From Nitrospina sp. LS_NOB (GTDB taxonomy: Bacteria; Nitrospinota; Nitrospinia; Nitrospinales; VA-1), in assembly GCA_001542995.1 (NCBI GenBank), contig LFLA01000024.1, forward strand, positions 68,499 through 132,498: a stretch of 64,000 nt of DNA, given 5' to 3'. This document shows, in pieces, positions 42,461 through 52,599 of the stretch (positions are counted from its first letter, which is position 1; each line of letters opens with the position of its first letter). The position numbers and the translations under genes are program-made. The notes beneath the pieces were generated by a model. That model was not told the origin of the DNA, did not search any database, and worked only from the letters and a program-made list of their open reading frames with translations.

Positions 42461-43171
42461 ATGGCTGTTGTGCAACCGGGGTCAGTGGAAGCGGGCAATT
42501 TATTTGTAGTGAGCACCCCGATTGGCAACTTGGGTGATGTGACCCATCGCGCTATAGAAACCCTTGATGCGGTTTCCCTGATAGCGGCTGAAGATACCCG
42601 CCGGACAAGAATTTTGTTGAACAGGTACCAAATCCAAACGCCCCTTTCCAGTTACAACAGCTTTAACAAAATTAAGAAAGGCAGGGAGTTTGTCGAGCGG
42701 CTCAAAAAAGGCGATGACCTTGCCCTGGTTTCAGATGCCGGAACCCCCGGAATTTCCGATCCGCATTATCATTTGGTGAACAGCGCAATCGAAGAGGGGG
42801 TTTCTATTTATTCCATTCCTGGTCCATCGGCACTGCTGGCGGCATTGACTGTTTCCGGTTTGCCCATGGACCGGTTTGTTTTTGAGGGGTTCCTGCCCCG
42901 TAAAAAAGGGCGCACGACGATGCTGGAGAATCTGGCGAATGAAAAACGCACCGTAGTTTTATTTGAATCGCCGAACCGCATTCAAAAAACGCTGCAAGAC
43001 CTTTACCGGTTTTTTGGAGATCGCAAGGTGGCTGTCGCCCGCGAGTTGACTAAAATGTATGAGGAAGTGATTCGAGGAAACCTGAAAGAACTTTCCACTC
43101 TGACACGGACCTGGAAAGGCGAAATCACCGTGGTGATCGCCGGCTCAGACGAGAAAAAGAGGAAAAGTTAG
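42461..43171 (+). CDS. rsmI: 16S rRNA C1402 2'-O-methyltransferase
   Basis: TPIGNLGD, AAEDTR, VSDAGTPGISDP and ARELTKMYEE motifs. Confidence 0.95.
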   Translation: MAVVQPGSVEAGNLFVVSTPIGNLGDVTHRAIETLDAVSLIAAEDTRRTRILLNRYQIQTPLSSYNSFNKIKKGREFVERLKKGDDLALVSDAGTPGISDPHYHLVNSAIEEGVSIYSIPGPSALLAALTVSGLPMDRFVFEGFLPRKKGRTTMLENLANEKRTVVLFESPNRIQKTLQDLYRFFGDRKVAVARELTKMYEEVIRGNLKELSTLTRTWKGEITVVIAGSDEKKRKS

Positions 43172-43278
43172 TAGTATTTTCTATTAAAAAGTTTTTCATC
43201 ATCCCGTTTAACAATGGGGAAGATATCCAGGATATGCGGAACGTCCGATTTATTTCATAAAGAAAAAGGAGTAGGAGT

Positions 43279-43566
43279 ATGAATGATTTTTGGTATAGAT
43301 ATGTTGATGAACATCTAACAAGGGCTTATGGTGGTGATATGACCATGGAAACCAGATTAAATGCTAGGATTAAAGTTCTCGAAGAAAACCCTAAGCAATC
43401 AGGCACAGCATCCCATGATAGATTTGAACTTTATGCGAAATGCAGGACAGTTGGCGCATATATAGAAGAGATCAAAAAAGGCACGGAAGAAAATGGAAGG
43501 AACTATGGATCGCCCGATCTGAAATGGGATAGTGAACGCAATTTCATTGAATTTGAAATACCTTAA
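43279..43566 (+). CDS. Hypothetical protein (NPK..RFELY..DLKWD motif)
   Basis: Strong AAGGAG RBS; AT-richer than the flanking genes. Confidence 0.6.
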   Translation: MNDFWYRYVDEHLTRAYGGDMTMETRLNARIKVLEENPKQSGTASHDRFELYAKCRTVGAYIEEIKKGTEENGRNYGSPDLKWDSERNFIEFEIP

Positions 43567-43582
43567 ACCAGGAAATTCCGAA

Positions 43583-44956
43583 ATGAAAAAACCATGGAGC
43601 GGTCGGTTCAAACAATCGACCGATGCGTTGATGGAAACCTTCTCGGCTTCCATTTCTTTTGATAAGCGGCTTTACGCCTGTGACATCGAGGGGAGTATCG
43701 CGCATTGCAAAATGCTGGCGCATTGTAAAATCATTTCCCTGTCCGAATCGCAGAAAATCCAAAAAGGGTTGAAACGTATTTTAAAAGAATGCGAAGCGGG
43801 GCGGTTCCAGTTCAGCGACAAGCTGGAAGATATTCATATGAATATCGAAAGCCGCCTGCGTGACATGATAGGACCCGCCGCCGGCAAACTCCACACCGCT
43901 CGCAGTCGCAACGATCAGGTTTGCCTGGACATCCGTCTGTATTTGCGAAACGAGGTGGATGAGACAGTAAAGGAAATCGACCGGTCGTGCAAAACTCTGG
44001 TGGCTCTTGCCAAAAAGAATATCGATCGGGTGATTCCGGGATACACACATTTGCAAAGGGCACAACCGGTTTTGTTGTCACACCACCTTTTGGCTTATGT
44101 GGAAATGTTGCTTCGCGACAAAGACCGTTTTCTGGATGCGCGCAAAAGGATCAACGTTATGCCTCTCGGTTCAGCGGCATTGGCCGGGACCAATTTTCCC
44201 ATCGACCGCCAATACACTGCCAAACTTTTAAAGTTTCCGGAAATTTCCCATAACAGCATGGATGCGGTGGCGGATCGGGATTTCGCCGCAGAATTTTGCA
44301 GCGCTTCGGCTCTACTGATGATGCATCTCAGCCGATTCTGTGAAGAACTGGTCATTTGGAATTCCAGTGAGTTCGGGTTTGTGGAGTTATCCGATGCGTT
44401 CACCACCGGCAGCAGTATCATGCCGCAAAAAAAGAATCCCGACGCAGCAGAACTGATTCGGGGGAAATCCGGCCGCGTGTTTGGCAATCTGGTTTCCCTC
44501 CTTACCTTAATGAAAGGATTGCCGCTGGCCTACAATAAAGATTTGCAGGAGGACAAGGAACCCCTGTTCGATTCGGCGGATACGATCAAAGTCTGCCTGA
44601 AGATTTTCACCGATATGATGAAGTCGGCAAAGTTCACTTCGCTTTCAGACGAGGAACTGGAGGCCAGTGGGTTTTTGACTGCCACCGACATGGCGGACTA
44701 TCTGGTCCTGAAAGGGGTTCCCTTTCGTGAGGCCCACGAGATTACCGGAAAAACCGTCGCCTGCTGTTTGGATGAGAAAAAAACCCTCGGCAACCTTTCG
44801 TTGGGCGAACTTCGCAAAATTTCCAAACGGTTTGAAAAGGATGTCACCGAGCACATTGCTCTTAAGAACTCAGTGGACCGGAAAAATGTTCACGGGGGGA
44901 CGGCAAAAAAACAGGTGAAGGCGCAAATTGTCCGATTGACGAAAAAACTGAAATAA
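43583..44956 (+). CDS. argH: Argininosuccinate lyase
   Basis: WSGRF, EDIHMNIE, LHTARSRNDQV, GSSIMPQKKNPD and YNKDLQEDKE motifs. Confidence 0.97.
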   Translation: MKKPWSGRFKQSTDALMETFSASISFDKRLYACDIEGSIAHCKMLAHCKIISLSESQKIQKGLKRILKECEAGRFQFSDKLEDIHMNIESRLRDMIGPAAGKLHTARSRNDQVCLDIRLYLRNEVDETVKEIDRSCKTLVALAKKNIDRVIPGYTHLQRAQPVLLSHHLLAYVEMLLRDKDRFLDARKRINVMPLGSAALAGTNFPIDRQYTAKLLKFPEISHNSMDAVADRDFAAEFCSASALLMMHLSRFCEELVIWNSSEFGFVELSDAFTTGSSIMPQKKNPDAAELIRGKSGRVFGNLVSLLTLMKGLPLAYNKDLQEDKEPLFDSADTIKVCLKIFTDMMKSAKFTSLSDEELEASGFLTATDMADYLVLKGVPFREAHEITGKTVACCLDEKKTLGNLSLGELRKISKRFEKDVTEHIALKNSVDRKNVHGGTAKKQVKAQIVRLTKKLK

Positions 44957-45026
44957 GGCCGGCGAGCCGCCGGGGGCAGAAAACATCCGTGCCAGGCATG
45001 AAGGCGGGGATACCACAGGTGCGAAT

Positions 45027-45140
45027 ATGAAAATAAGAACGATTGTGCTTTTGTTAGTGATCCTGGCTTTTCTTGGCGGCGTAGTCGGTTGCGGCAAGAA
45101 AGGCCCTCCTGTTCCTCCCCCAAACACATCAATGTATTAG
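45027..45140 (+). CDS. Small lipoprotein, LptM/YifL-like (37 aa; below the ORF-track cutoff)
   Basis: MKIRTIVLLLVILAFLGGVVGCGKKGPPVPPPNTSMY; lipobox plus CGKKGP motif. Confidence 0.8.
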   Translation: MKIRTIVLLLVILAFLGGVVGCGKKGPPVPPPNTSMY

Positions 45141-45195
45141 AAAACCGGAAGAATCCGCTTGAATCCGCTAGCCGGTTTCGTTTAAAGTAATAAGT

Positions 45196-45726
45196 ATGCT
45201 TTCCGAATATACAAGTAATAGCCAGGGCTGTGTGCGCTTGATGACTTTTCGAATGAACAGGAAAATTTCAGGTTTGTGGAGGTGGATATTTTTGGGGATC
45301 ATTATTCCGCTCTCTTTGCTTCCGTTCATTCATTATCATCCTGAAACCGAGCATCTCCATGATGAACGCGCAGGCGCTCATCAGCATCAGGGGCGCTATC
45401 ATTCCGCGACTTTGGAAGCTTATGCCCATCTTGTTAGCGGGCATTTTTCCAATTCTGAACTCGATGACCATTTTCACCATTCGCATTCTTCCCGGGACGA
45501 GGGTGAAAACGATTCCGATTATTTTGTCCTGGCTAAAAACGCCAAGTCCTTCAAGCAGGGGCTGGTCTTTACGCCGGATTCCTCACACTTTGAATTTTCC
45601 GCTCCCCTGGTTTTTGTTCCTATAGGCTCTGAAACCGTTTCATTCCAATTACGTTTTAGAAGAAGTCCAAATTCTTCGCGTGCCCCCCCCTTTGTTGTTT
45701 CTTTAAACCCATCACCACAAATTTAG
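45196..45726 (+). CDS. His-rich exported protein upstream of czcC
   Basis: Hydrophobic segment, then HYHPETEHLHDE..HQHQGRYH..HFHHSH; ends in the RAPP motif. Start codon uncertain. Confidence 0.6.
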   Translation: MLSEYTSNSQGCVRLMTFRMNRKISGLWRWIFLGIIIPLSLLPFIHYHPETEHLHDERAGAHQHQGRYHSATLEAYAHLVSGHFSNSELDDHFHHSHSSRDEGENDSDYFVLAKNAKSFKQGLVFTPDSSHFEFSAPLVFVPIGSETVSFQLRFRRSPNSSRAPPFVVSLNPSPQI

Positions 45727-45822
45727 TTCCTTTTAAATTTCCGGCGTCATGAAGCCTGTTGCGTAATGGTTTGCGTCTGGGCTTGATTTTTATGTGCCGG
45801 AAAAGCATCGAGGATAAAGCAG

Positions 45823-47124
45823 ATGAAACGCGTGTTAAAAACCCTTGGGGTTTGTCTGGCTCTAAGCTTTTCTATACCAGTCATCTCCTGGGCAGAAGAA
45901 CAACAACAGAAAACCTTAACCGGGACCATTACTCTGACCCAGGTCTTACCGGTGGTCTTGTTGCAAAACCCTGACCTGAAGGCTTTTTCGTATGAGGTTC
46001 GTGCTCGGGAAGCCGAGACCCTACAGGCCGGGTTGGTCTCTAACCCTCAACTGCATGTGCAGGTGGAAAACGTAGCGGGATCGGGAAACTTTAACGGCTT
46101 CGACCAATCCGAAACCACGGTTCAATTGAGCCAGCGACTGGAGTTGGGAAGTAAGCGCGATCTTAGGAGAAGTTCCGCCAATTTATCGAAACAAATTGCC
46201 GGATGGGATTATGAAGTCCAGCGCCTCGAAGTATTGGCCCGTGTTTCGAAAGCTTTCACTCATGTGCTGAAAGCCCAGCAAAAAGTTTCTTTAACAGCCG
46301 AAGGAGTGCAACTGGCGAGAAAATTTTTGAATGCGGTCTCTGAGAGAGTCACAGCGGGCAAGGTTGCGGCGATAGAAAAAATCAAGGCGCAGGTGGCTCT
46401 TGCCAATATGCGCATGGGAAAAGAACGGGCCCAACAGAAACTGGAAAATGCCCGCAGGAAATTGTCCGTACTGTGGGGGAACGCCGAACCCCGGTTCGAC
46501 TCGGCTCAGGGAGATTTTTTCGCAATTTCCGACAAGCCGCCAGCAACAGAACTGTCCGCCAATCTGCGCCTCTCTAGATCGGCAACGGCTCTGGCCCATC
46601 GGCAGGCGGAGCTGGATGTAGAGAATTCCAAAGCGATTCCTGATTTGACACTCAGCGGTGGTTACCGTCGGTTGGAACAAACGGATGATAACGCTTTGGT
46701 GTTTGGTGTAACCGTTCCCTTGAACTGGTTCAACCGCAATCAGGGAGGCATTGCCAAAGCCCGTCACAGGCTGTCCAAAGCTCAGGAAGAAAAAAAGGCA
46801 GAGGCATTGCGAATACAGGAAGCTCTGTTGAAGGCCCACAGCGAAGTGTCTTTTTCTCACGCAAAAGTAATTTCGATCAAAGCCGAGGTTTTGCCCGGAG
46901 CTAAAAAAGCGTTCGATGCCATCAGCGAAGGTTATCGGTTCGGCAAATTCGGTTTGTTGGATGTGCTGGATAGCCAGAAAACATTTTTTCAGGTTCAAAG
47001 CCAATACCTTGATGCGCTGGCCGAGTATCACAACGCCGTTGTCGATGTGAAACGCCTGACGGGGGTGGATCCATTTACCCAAAACAAAACTCTGGAAAAC
47101 GGGAAAGGAGAAAACCAGCCATGA
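45823..47124 (+). CDS. czcC: Heavy-metal efflux outer membrane factor (TolC family)
   Basis: Signal peptide; NP.L..SQRLELG.KR, PDLTLSGG, VPLNWFNRNQG and GKFGLLDVLDSQ motifs. Confidence 0.9.
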   Translation: MKRVLKTLGVCLALSFSIPVISWAEEQQQKTLTGTITLTQVLPVVLLQNPDLKAFSYEVRAREAETLQAGLVSNPQLHVQVENVAGSGNFNGFDQSETTVQLSQRLELGSKRDLRRSSANLSKQIAGWDYEVQRLEVLARVSKAFTHVLKAQQKVSLTAEGVQLARKFLNAVSERVTAGKVAAIEKIKAQVALANMRMGKERAQQKLENARRKLSVLWGNAEPRFDSAQGDFFAISDKPPATELSANLRLSRSATALAHRQAELDVENSKAIPDLTLSGGYRRLEQTDDNALVFGVTVPLNWFNRNQGGIAKARHRLSKAQEEKKAEALRIQEALLKAHSEVSFSHAKVISIKAEVLPGAKKAFDAISEGYRFGKFGLLDVLDSQKTFFQVQSQYLDALAEYHNAVVDVKRLTGVDPFTQNKTLENGKGENQP

Positions 47125-48866
47125 ACGGAAAGATTTCTTTCGGCGCGATTGCCATTCTGGTTGTAGGAGCGGTTCTGGCCTGGGGCATTTTAAATATGGA
47201 CAAGCCAAAACCTGGACTTGATGAGCCGGGCTCATCGCTTGCTCAAGGAAAGGAGCTCTCCGTTCAAAGGGGAAAACACGGGGGCTGGTTGTTTGTCGAA
47301 CAGGATTTTCAGGTGGAGGTGAAAATTTTTGAAGACGGTATTCCGCCGCAATTCAGGATCTATATAACTTCAAGCGAACAAGTGAACCTTGACGAGATTA
47401 ATTTGAATATCGTTTTAAAGAGGTTGGATAGGACCGACACCATTGGTTTCAAACCTTCGGGAGATTATTTGCTGGGAGACCAGGTGGTTGCCGAGCCGCA
47501 TTCTTTTGAAATGATTGTCAACGCAAAATGGAAAGGGCAAAACTTCCAGTGGAAACTTTCTCAAATTGAAGGCCGGGCAGAATTTTCCCCAGAGGCGATT
47601 CAAAACGCGGGACTTGTTTTTAAAAAAGCCGGTTCGGGAAAACTAGTGACAAAGATACGTTTGCCGGGCGTGATCGGACTCAACGAAGAAAAAGTGGTCC
47701 ACATTGTTCCAAGGGTTGATGGGGTGGTTAAAAAAGTATTTAAAGATTTGGGAGATCAGGTTTCCCGTGGCGAGGCCATCGCCATCCTGGAAAGCCGGGA
47801 ACTGGCCGACGCGAAGATCGATTACCTGACCAACACCAAGCAGGCTGACATGGCTGGGGCAGACCTGGACCGGGAAATACAGGTCTTCGAAAACACCCAG
47901 CGCATGCTGGATCTGCTTGAGAAGAATTTGGACCCGGAGGAAATATACCGTCAGCTTAAAGACCTGGTGATCGGAAAAAGCCGCGAACTGCTCATTCCCG
48001 TCTCTGCCAAATTGAGACTGGCAAAGTCCATTCACCTGCGTGAAAAGGGATTGCTGGAAAAGGGCATCTCATCCGAATCGGAATATTTAGTCGCTTTGGA
48101 AGATTACAAAAGCACCGAGGCTCGTTATATCGCTTTGCGTGAAAGAATCTCCTACGATGGCGCGTGGTCTCTCCGGCAAAAGAAAAAAACTCTGGAGATC
48201 GATCAGCTTAATCTGAAAACCGCCAACCAAAAACTGCTGGCATTGGGACTGACCCCGGAGGAAGTGGATCATTTGCTGGAACAGGATGAACAGCATTTCA
48301 CCCGGTATGAACTGCGCGCTACTTTAGACGGTACGGTGATCCAGAAACATCTAACCACCGGAGAGGCGGTCAAAAAGGACGATGACATCTTTCTCCTGGC
48401 CGATCTTTCAGAGGTCTGGGTGAATTTTGCCATTCCGGAAAAGGAACTCAAAAAAGTTCACCTCGGGCAAAAGGTGCTTTTTGAGGGAGGACTCAATACG
48501 GCGAAACTGTCTTATCTCAGTTCGATCATTGATGAAAAAACCCGAACGGTGACAGGGCGTGTAGTGATTCCCAATAAGAAGCGCGATTTGCGTCCCGGTG
48601 GTTATGTCACGGTGGAACTGGTTCTTGGTGAACGAAAGGTTCCGGTGGCGGTGGAACCGGATGCCATTCAAAGTTTCCGCGACTGGTCGGTGGTCTTTGT
48701 CAAGTACGGATCTCAACTGGAAGCACGGCCTTTGGAGCTTGGAGAAAACGATGGCAACCGGGTGGAAGTTCTACAGGGTTTGAAAGCCGGGGAACAGTAT
48801 GTGGCAAAAAACAGTTATGCGGTGAAGGCCGAGATTGAAAAGTCTGGCGCCACCCACAGTCACTAG
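47121..48866 (+). CDS. czcB: Heavy-metal efflux periplasmic adaptor
   Basis: IVPRVDG, ESRELADAK, LADLSEVWV and TRTV..LRPG motifs; long helical hairpin. Confidence 0.88.
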   Translation: MNGKISFGAIAILVVGAVLAWGILNMDKPKPGLDEPGSSLAQGKELSVQRGKHGGWLFVEQDFQVEVKIFEDGIPPQFRIYITSSEQVNLDEINLNIVLKRLDRTDTIGFKPSGDYLLGDQVVAEPHSFEMIVNAKWKGQNFQWKLSQIEGRAEFSPEAIQNAGLVFKKAGSGKLVTKIRLPGVIGLNEEKVVHIVPRVDGVVKKVFKDLGDQVSRGEAIAILESRELADAKIDYLTNTKQADMAGADLDREIQVFENTQRMLDLLEKNLDPEEIYRQLKDLVIGKSRELLIPVSAKLRLAKSIHLREKGLLEKGISSESEYLVALEDYKSTEARYIALRERISYDGAWSLRQKKKTLEIDQLNLKTANQKLLALGLTPEEVDHLLEQDEQHFTRYELRATLDGTVIQKHLTTGEAVKKDDDIFLLADLSEVWVNFAIPEKELKKVHLGQKVLFEGGLNTAKLSYLSSIIDEKTRTVTGRVVIPNKKRDLRPGGYVTVELVLGERKVPVAVEPDAIQSFRDWSVVFVKYGSQLEARPLELGENDGNRVEVLQGLKAGEQYVAKNSYAVKAEIEKSGATHSH

Positions 48867-48904
48867 GGAAAAGCAAATCCCCCCGACCCCTGTGGTATTT
48901 AACA

Positions 48905-49205
48905 TCAGCCTTCATGCCCCAAAGGGGTACTTCGTAGAAGGAGAGTTTTGCATAAGTCGAAAAATCGAAGAATCAAGATTCTTCACTACGTTCAGAATGA
49001 CAATGCAATCTCGTTCAGAATGCCAATACTGGGCCATTTTGTCATCCTCGAGGAGCCGAAGGCGACGAAGGATCTCGCCTTGTACTAATCTGGGGATTCT
49101 TCACTACGTTCAGAATGACAATGCGATCTCGTTCAGCATGATAATACTGGGCCATTTTGTCATTCTGAGGAACAATATCACGAGGAGCTGGGGTGATTTA
49201 CAACC
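48905..49205. repeat. REP/MITE composite between czcB and czcA
   Basis: Family A hairpin, left end GAGAGTTTTGCATAAGTCG, and GATTCTTCACTACGTTCAGAATGACA / GTCATCCTCGAGG..GGATCT units shared with 56232-56797. Confidence 0.8.
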
Positions 49206-49237
49206 TCATATGTAATATGTGAATCAGGGGAAAAAAT

Positions 49238-52200
49238 ATGTTAGAAAAAATTATCGCATTTTCCATTCGGCAAAGATTTTTTGTGATTGCAGGGGCTTTG
49301 GCCCTCATCGCGCTGGGTGGATATAATTTTACAATCCTTCCCATTGATGCGGTTCCCGATGTCACCAATATTCAGGTGCAGATCAATACCGAAGCCCCGG
49401 GCTTCACCCCGTTGGAAGTTGAACAGCGCATCACCTTCCCGATTGAAACCACCCTGGCGGGCATGCCCCGATTGAAGCGTACCCGTTCTCTATCCCGCTA
49501 CGGCCTTTCCCAGGTCACGGTGATTTTTGAGGACGGAACAGATATTTATTTTGCCCGGCAATTGATCAATTCCAAAATTCAGGAAGTAAAAAGTCACCTG
49601 CCTGAAAATGTGGAACCGGTCATGGGTCCGATCGCGACGGGACTGGGGGAAATCTTCATGTGGTCGGTAGAAGCCGAAGACCAAAATCGAAAACCCTATT
49701 CACTCACAGAGTTGAGAACCATTCAGGACTGGATCATCAAGCCGCAACTGAAGAACATCCCCGGAGTGACAGAGGTCAACAGCCTTGGCGGTTATGTTAA
49801 AAACTTCCAGGTGTCGCCCGATCCGCAAAAGCTGATCGCCTATGGTTTTTCGTTCAGGGATGTCATCGAAGCGTTGAGCAGAAATAACGAAAACATTGGT
49901 GCGGGTTATATTGAGCACAGCGGCCAGCAATACCTTGTGCGAACTCCCGGTCAGGTATCGGGCTTGGAAGATATAAAAAATATCGTGCTTGGCTCGCATC
50001 AGGGCGTTCCTATTTATATCAAGGATGTGGCAGGTGTAGACCTGGGTAAAGAGCTCAGGACAGGAGCCGCCACTAAGGACGGTGCGGAAATGGTGCTGGG
50101 TACCGTCTTCATGCTCAAGGGAGAAAACAGTAGGACGGTTTCATTAAGGGTTGCCGAGAAAATGAAATTGATCAACCAGACTCTGCCCGAAGGCGTGGTG
50201 GCACGAACCGTTTATGACCGCACCCATCTGGTTAACGCCACTCTCAAAACCGTCCGCGATAATCTGCTGGAAGGAGCGCTTCTGGTTGTCGCCGTTTTAT
50301 TTTTGTTGCTGGGCAATTTCCGCGCGGCGGTGATCACGGCGCTGGTGATTCCCCTTTCCATGTTGTTTGCAGTAACGGGGATGGTGAGCAACCGGGTCAG
50401 CGGTAACCTGTTGAGCCTGGGCGCCATTGATTTTGGCATCATTGTTGATGGCGCGGTGATCATTGTGGAAAACTGTAGCCGCTGTCTTACCGAGAAACAA
50501 AAACGGTTGGGGCGAATACTGAATCAGCAGGAACGCTTTGACATTGTGCAAAGTTCTGCCTGCGAAGTTTCCCGCCCCAGCATCTTCGGGGTGTTCATCA
50601 TCATGATCGTTTATCTGCCTATACTCACTTTGACTGGAATCGAAGGCAAAATGTTTCAGCCTATGGCTTTCACCGTGTTGATGGCTCTTGCCGGAGCATT
50701 GATTCTTTCGATCACTTTTGTTCCGGCGATGATGGCTCAGTTTGCGTCTTCTTCCATCTCTGAAAAGGAGAGCATCATTTTAAAAGGTGCGGGCCGACTT
50801 TATTCCTTCCTGCTGGACGTCACCGCTAAAAATCGCGCCTCGGTGATCGCCTTTGCCGGGGTTCTGGTTGTGCTCAGTATTTTATTGAGCCAGAAATTGG
50901 GCAGCGAGTTTCTCCCGACTCTGGATGAAGGGGATTTCGCCGTTCACGCCCTCCGGGTTCCAGGCACCAGTATTTCCCAGGCTGTTTCCATGCAGGACAC
51001 GCTGGAGAAAAAAATAAAGGAACTGCCGGAAGTGGATTATGTTTTTGCGAAGATCGGCACGGCGGACATCGCTACCGACCCGATGCCACCCAGTGTGGCC
51101 GATGTATTTATAATCGTGAAACCCCGTTCTGAATGGAGTGACCCCACAAGGGAAAAATCAGCTCTGGTGCGGGATCTGGAAAAGAAGCTGGCCGAAGTCC
51201 CCGGAAACAAATACGAAATCACCCAGCCGATTGAGATGCGGTTTAATGAATTGATTTCGGGCGTGCGCAGTGATGTGGCGGTTAAAATTTTTGGCGATGA
51301 TCTGGACAAGCTGCTGGTTCTGGCCGATGAGGTCGAACATGTCCTGGCCGATATTCCCGGTGCGTCCGATGTTAAAGTTGAACAGGTGACCGGACTCCCG
51401 GTTCTGACGGTGGAGATGGACCGTCCTGCAATGGCCCGGCTGGGAATCAACGCCGCCGATGTTCAGGAAGTCGTCCAAATCGCCATTGGAGGTAAAAAGA
51501 CCGGGCAGGTTTTTGAAGGAGACCAACGGTCTGACCTCATCGTGCGTTTGCCGGAAGACATCCGCGAAAAGATGGACTTGCTCAAGGAGCTTCCCATTCC
51601 ATTAGCTCAGGACGGAGAAGAAGTACACTCGGTGATGAGTTCGCGTTTCCCCAAATTCATACCACTTGGCACGATTGCGGAATTTAAAATTATTAAAGGA
51701 CCGAATCAGATCAGCCGCGAAAACGCCAAGCGCCGTGTGGTGGTGACCGCCAATGTAAGAGGCCGCGACCTGGGTTCTTTTGTTGCAGAGGCGCAAAACG
51801 CTTTGCAGCTTAAAGCAGAGCCGGGTTATTGGATCGAGTGGGGCGGTCAGTTCGAGCACCTGATTTCCGCAACGCAAAGATTGTGGGTGGTGATTCCCCT
51901 GACCCTTGTGCTGATTTACTTGTTACTGTTTGCGGCGTTCGGTTCCAACGCCAATGCTCTGCTGGTTTTTACCGGAGTCCCTCTGGCGCTCACTGGCGGG
52001 TTTCTCTCCCTGTGGCTGCGGGGAATTCCCTTATCGATTTCGGCGGCGGTGGGTTTTATAGCTCTGTCGGGAGTCGCGGTGCTGAACGGCATGGTGATGA
52101 TTTCATTCATCGGCAACCTCCGCGACCAAGGGGTTCCCTTGGATGATGCCATTCGACAAGGATCGCTCACGCGGCTCCGTCCGGTTTTGATGACGGCACT

Positions 52201-52414
52201 GGTCGCTTCGTTGGGGTTCATCCCCATGGCTCTGGCAACGGGAACCGGTGCCGAAGTGCAACGTCCGCTGGCAACGGTGGTGATCGGCGGCATCCTCTCC
52301 TCGACCGCATTAACTTTAGTTGTCCTTCCCGCTCTCTACCGCTACTTCCATGAGGCGCCCGCCTCAAGGGAGAGGAAGATAAAAGTCCCTTCTCCCCTGG
52401 AGGGAGAAGGTTAG
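49238..52414 (+). CDS. czcA: CzcA/CusA-family heavy-metal RND permease
   Basis: IDAVPDVTNIQVQI, DFGIIVDGAVIIVEN, FLPTLDEG, GVAVLNG and RLRPVLMTA motifs. Confidence 0.95.
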   Translation: MLEKIIAFSIRQRFFVIAGALALIALGGYNFTILPIDAVPDVTNIQVQINTEAPGFTPLEVEQRITFPIETTLAGMPRLKRTRSLSRYGLSQVTVIFEDGTDIYFARQLINSKIQEVKSHLPENVEPVMGPIATGLGEIFMWSVEAEDQNRKPYSLTELRTIQDWIIKPQLKNIPGVTEVNSLGGYVKNFQVSPDPQKLIAYGFSFRDVIEALSRNNENIGAGYIEHSGQQYLVRTPGQVSGLEDIKNIVLGSHQGVPIYIKDVAGVDLGKELRTGAATKDGAEMVLGTVFMLKGENSRTVSLRVAEKMKLINQTLPEGVVARTVYDRTHLVNATLKTVRDNLLEGALLVVAVLFLLLGNFRAAVITALVIPLSMLFAVTGMVSNRVSGNLLSLGAIDFGIIVDGAVIIVENCSRCLTEKQKRLGRILNQQERFDIVQSSACEVSRPSIFGVFIIMIVYLPILTLTGIEGKMFQPMAFTVLMALAGALILSITFVPAMMAQFASSSISEKESIILKGAGRLYSFLLDVTAKNRASVIAFAGVLVVLSILLSQKLGSEFLPTLDEGDFAVHALRVPGTSISQAVSMQDTLEKKIKELPEVDYVFAKIGTADIATDPMPPSVADVFIIVKPRSEWSDPTREKSALVRDLEKKLAEVPGNKYEITQPIEMRFNELISGVRSDVAVKIFGDDLDKLLVLADEVEHVLADIPGASDVKVEQVTGLPVLTVEMDRPAMARLGINAADVQEVVQIAIGGKKTGQVFEGDQRSDLIVRLPEDIREKMDLLKELPIPLAQDGEEVHSVMSSRFPKFIPLGTIAEFKIIKGPNQISRENAKRRVVVTANVRGRDLGSFVAEAQNALQLKAEPGYWIEWGGQFEHLISATQRLWVVIPLTLVLIYLLLFAAFGSNANALLVFTGVPLALTGGFLSLWLRGIPLSISAAVGFIALSGVAVLNGMVMISFIGNLRDQGVPLDDAIRQGSLTRLRPVLMTALVASLGFIPMALATGTGAEVQRPLATVVIGGILSSTALTLVVLPALYRYFHEAPASRERKIKVPSPLEGEG

Positions 52415-52599
52415 GATGAGGGGGATATCACAGCCTTCGGCGGTCGCGCCAGCGTCACCGCCACATTGCCACCGGCGGCTACGCCGGCGGGTTCCGATAA
52501 TACTATAACCTATTGATTTTATGTATTTTATATCTATCAGGTTGGCGGGTTCTGTGTTATATTGAGTCCTCTTTCAACATACTCGAATAGGAAAACTTC

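Noticed and set aside
46291-47235. 314-aa antisense ORF
   Set aside because: Shadow of czcC/czcB on the opposite strand with no recognisable motifs. The many other short overlapping ORFs in the track were dismissed for the same reason.
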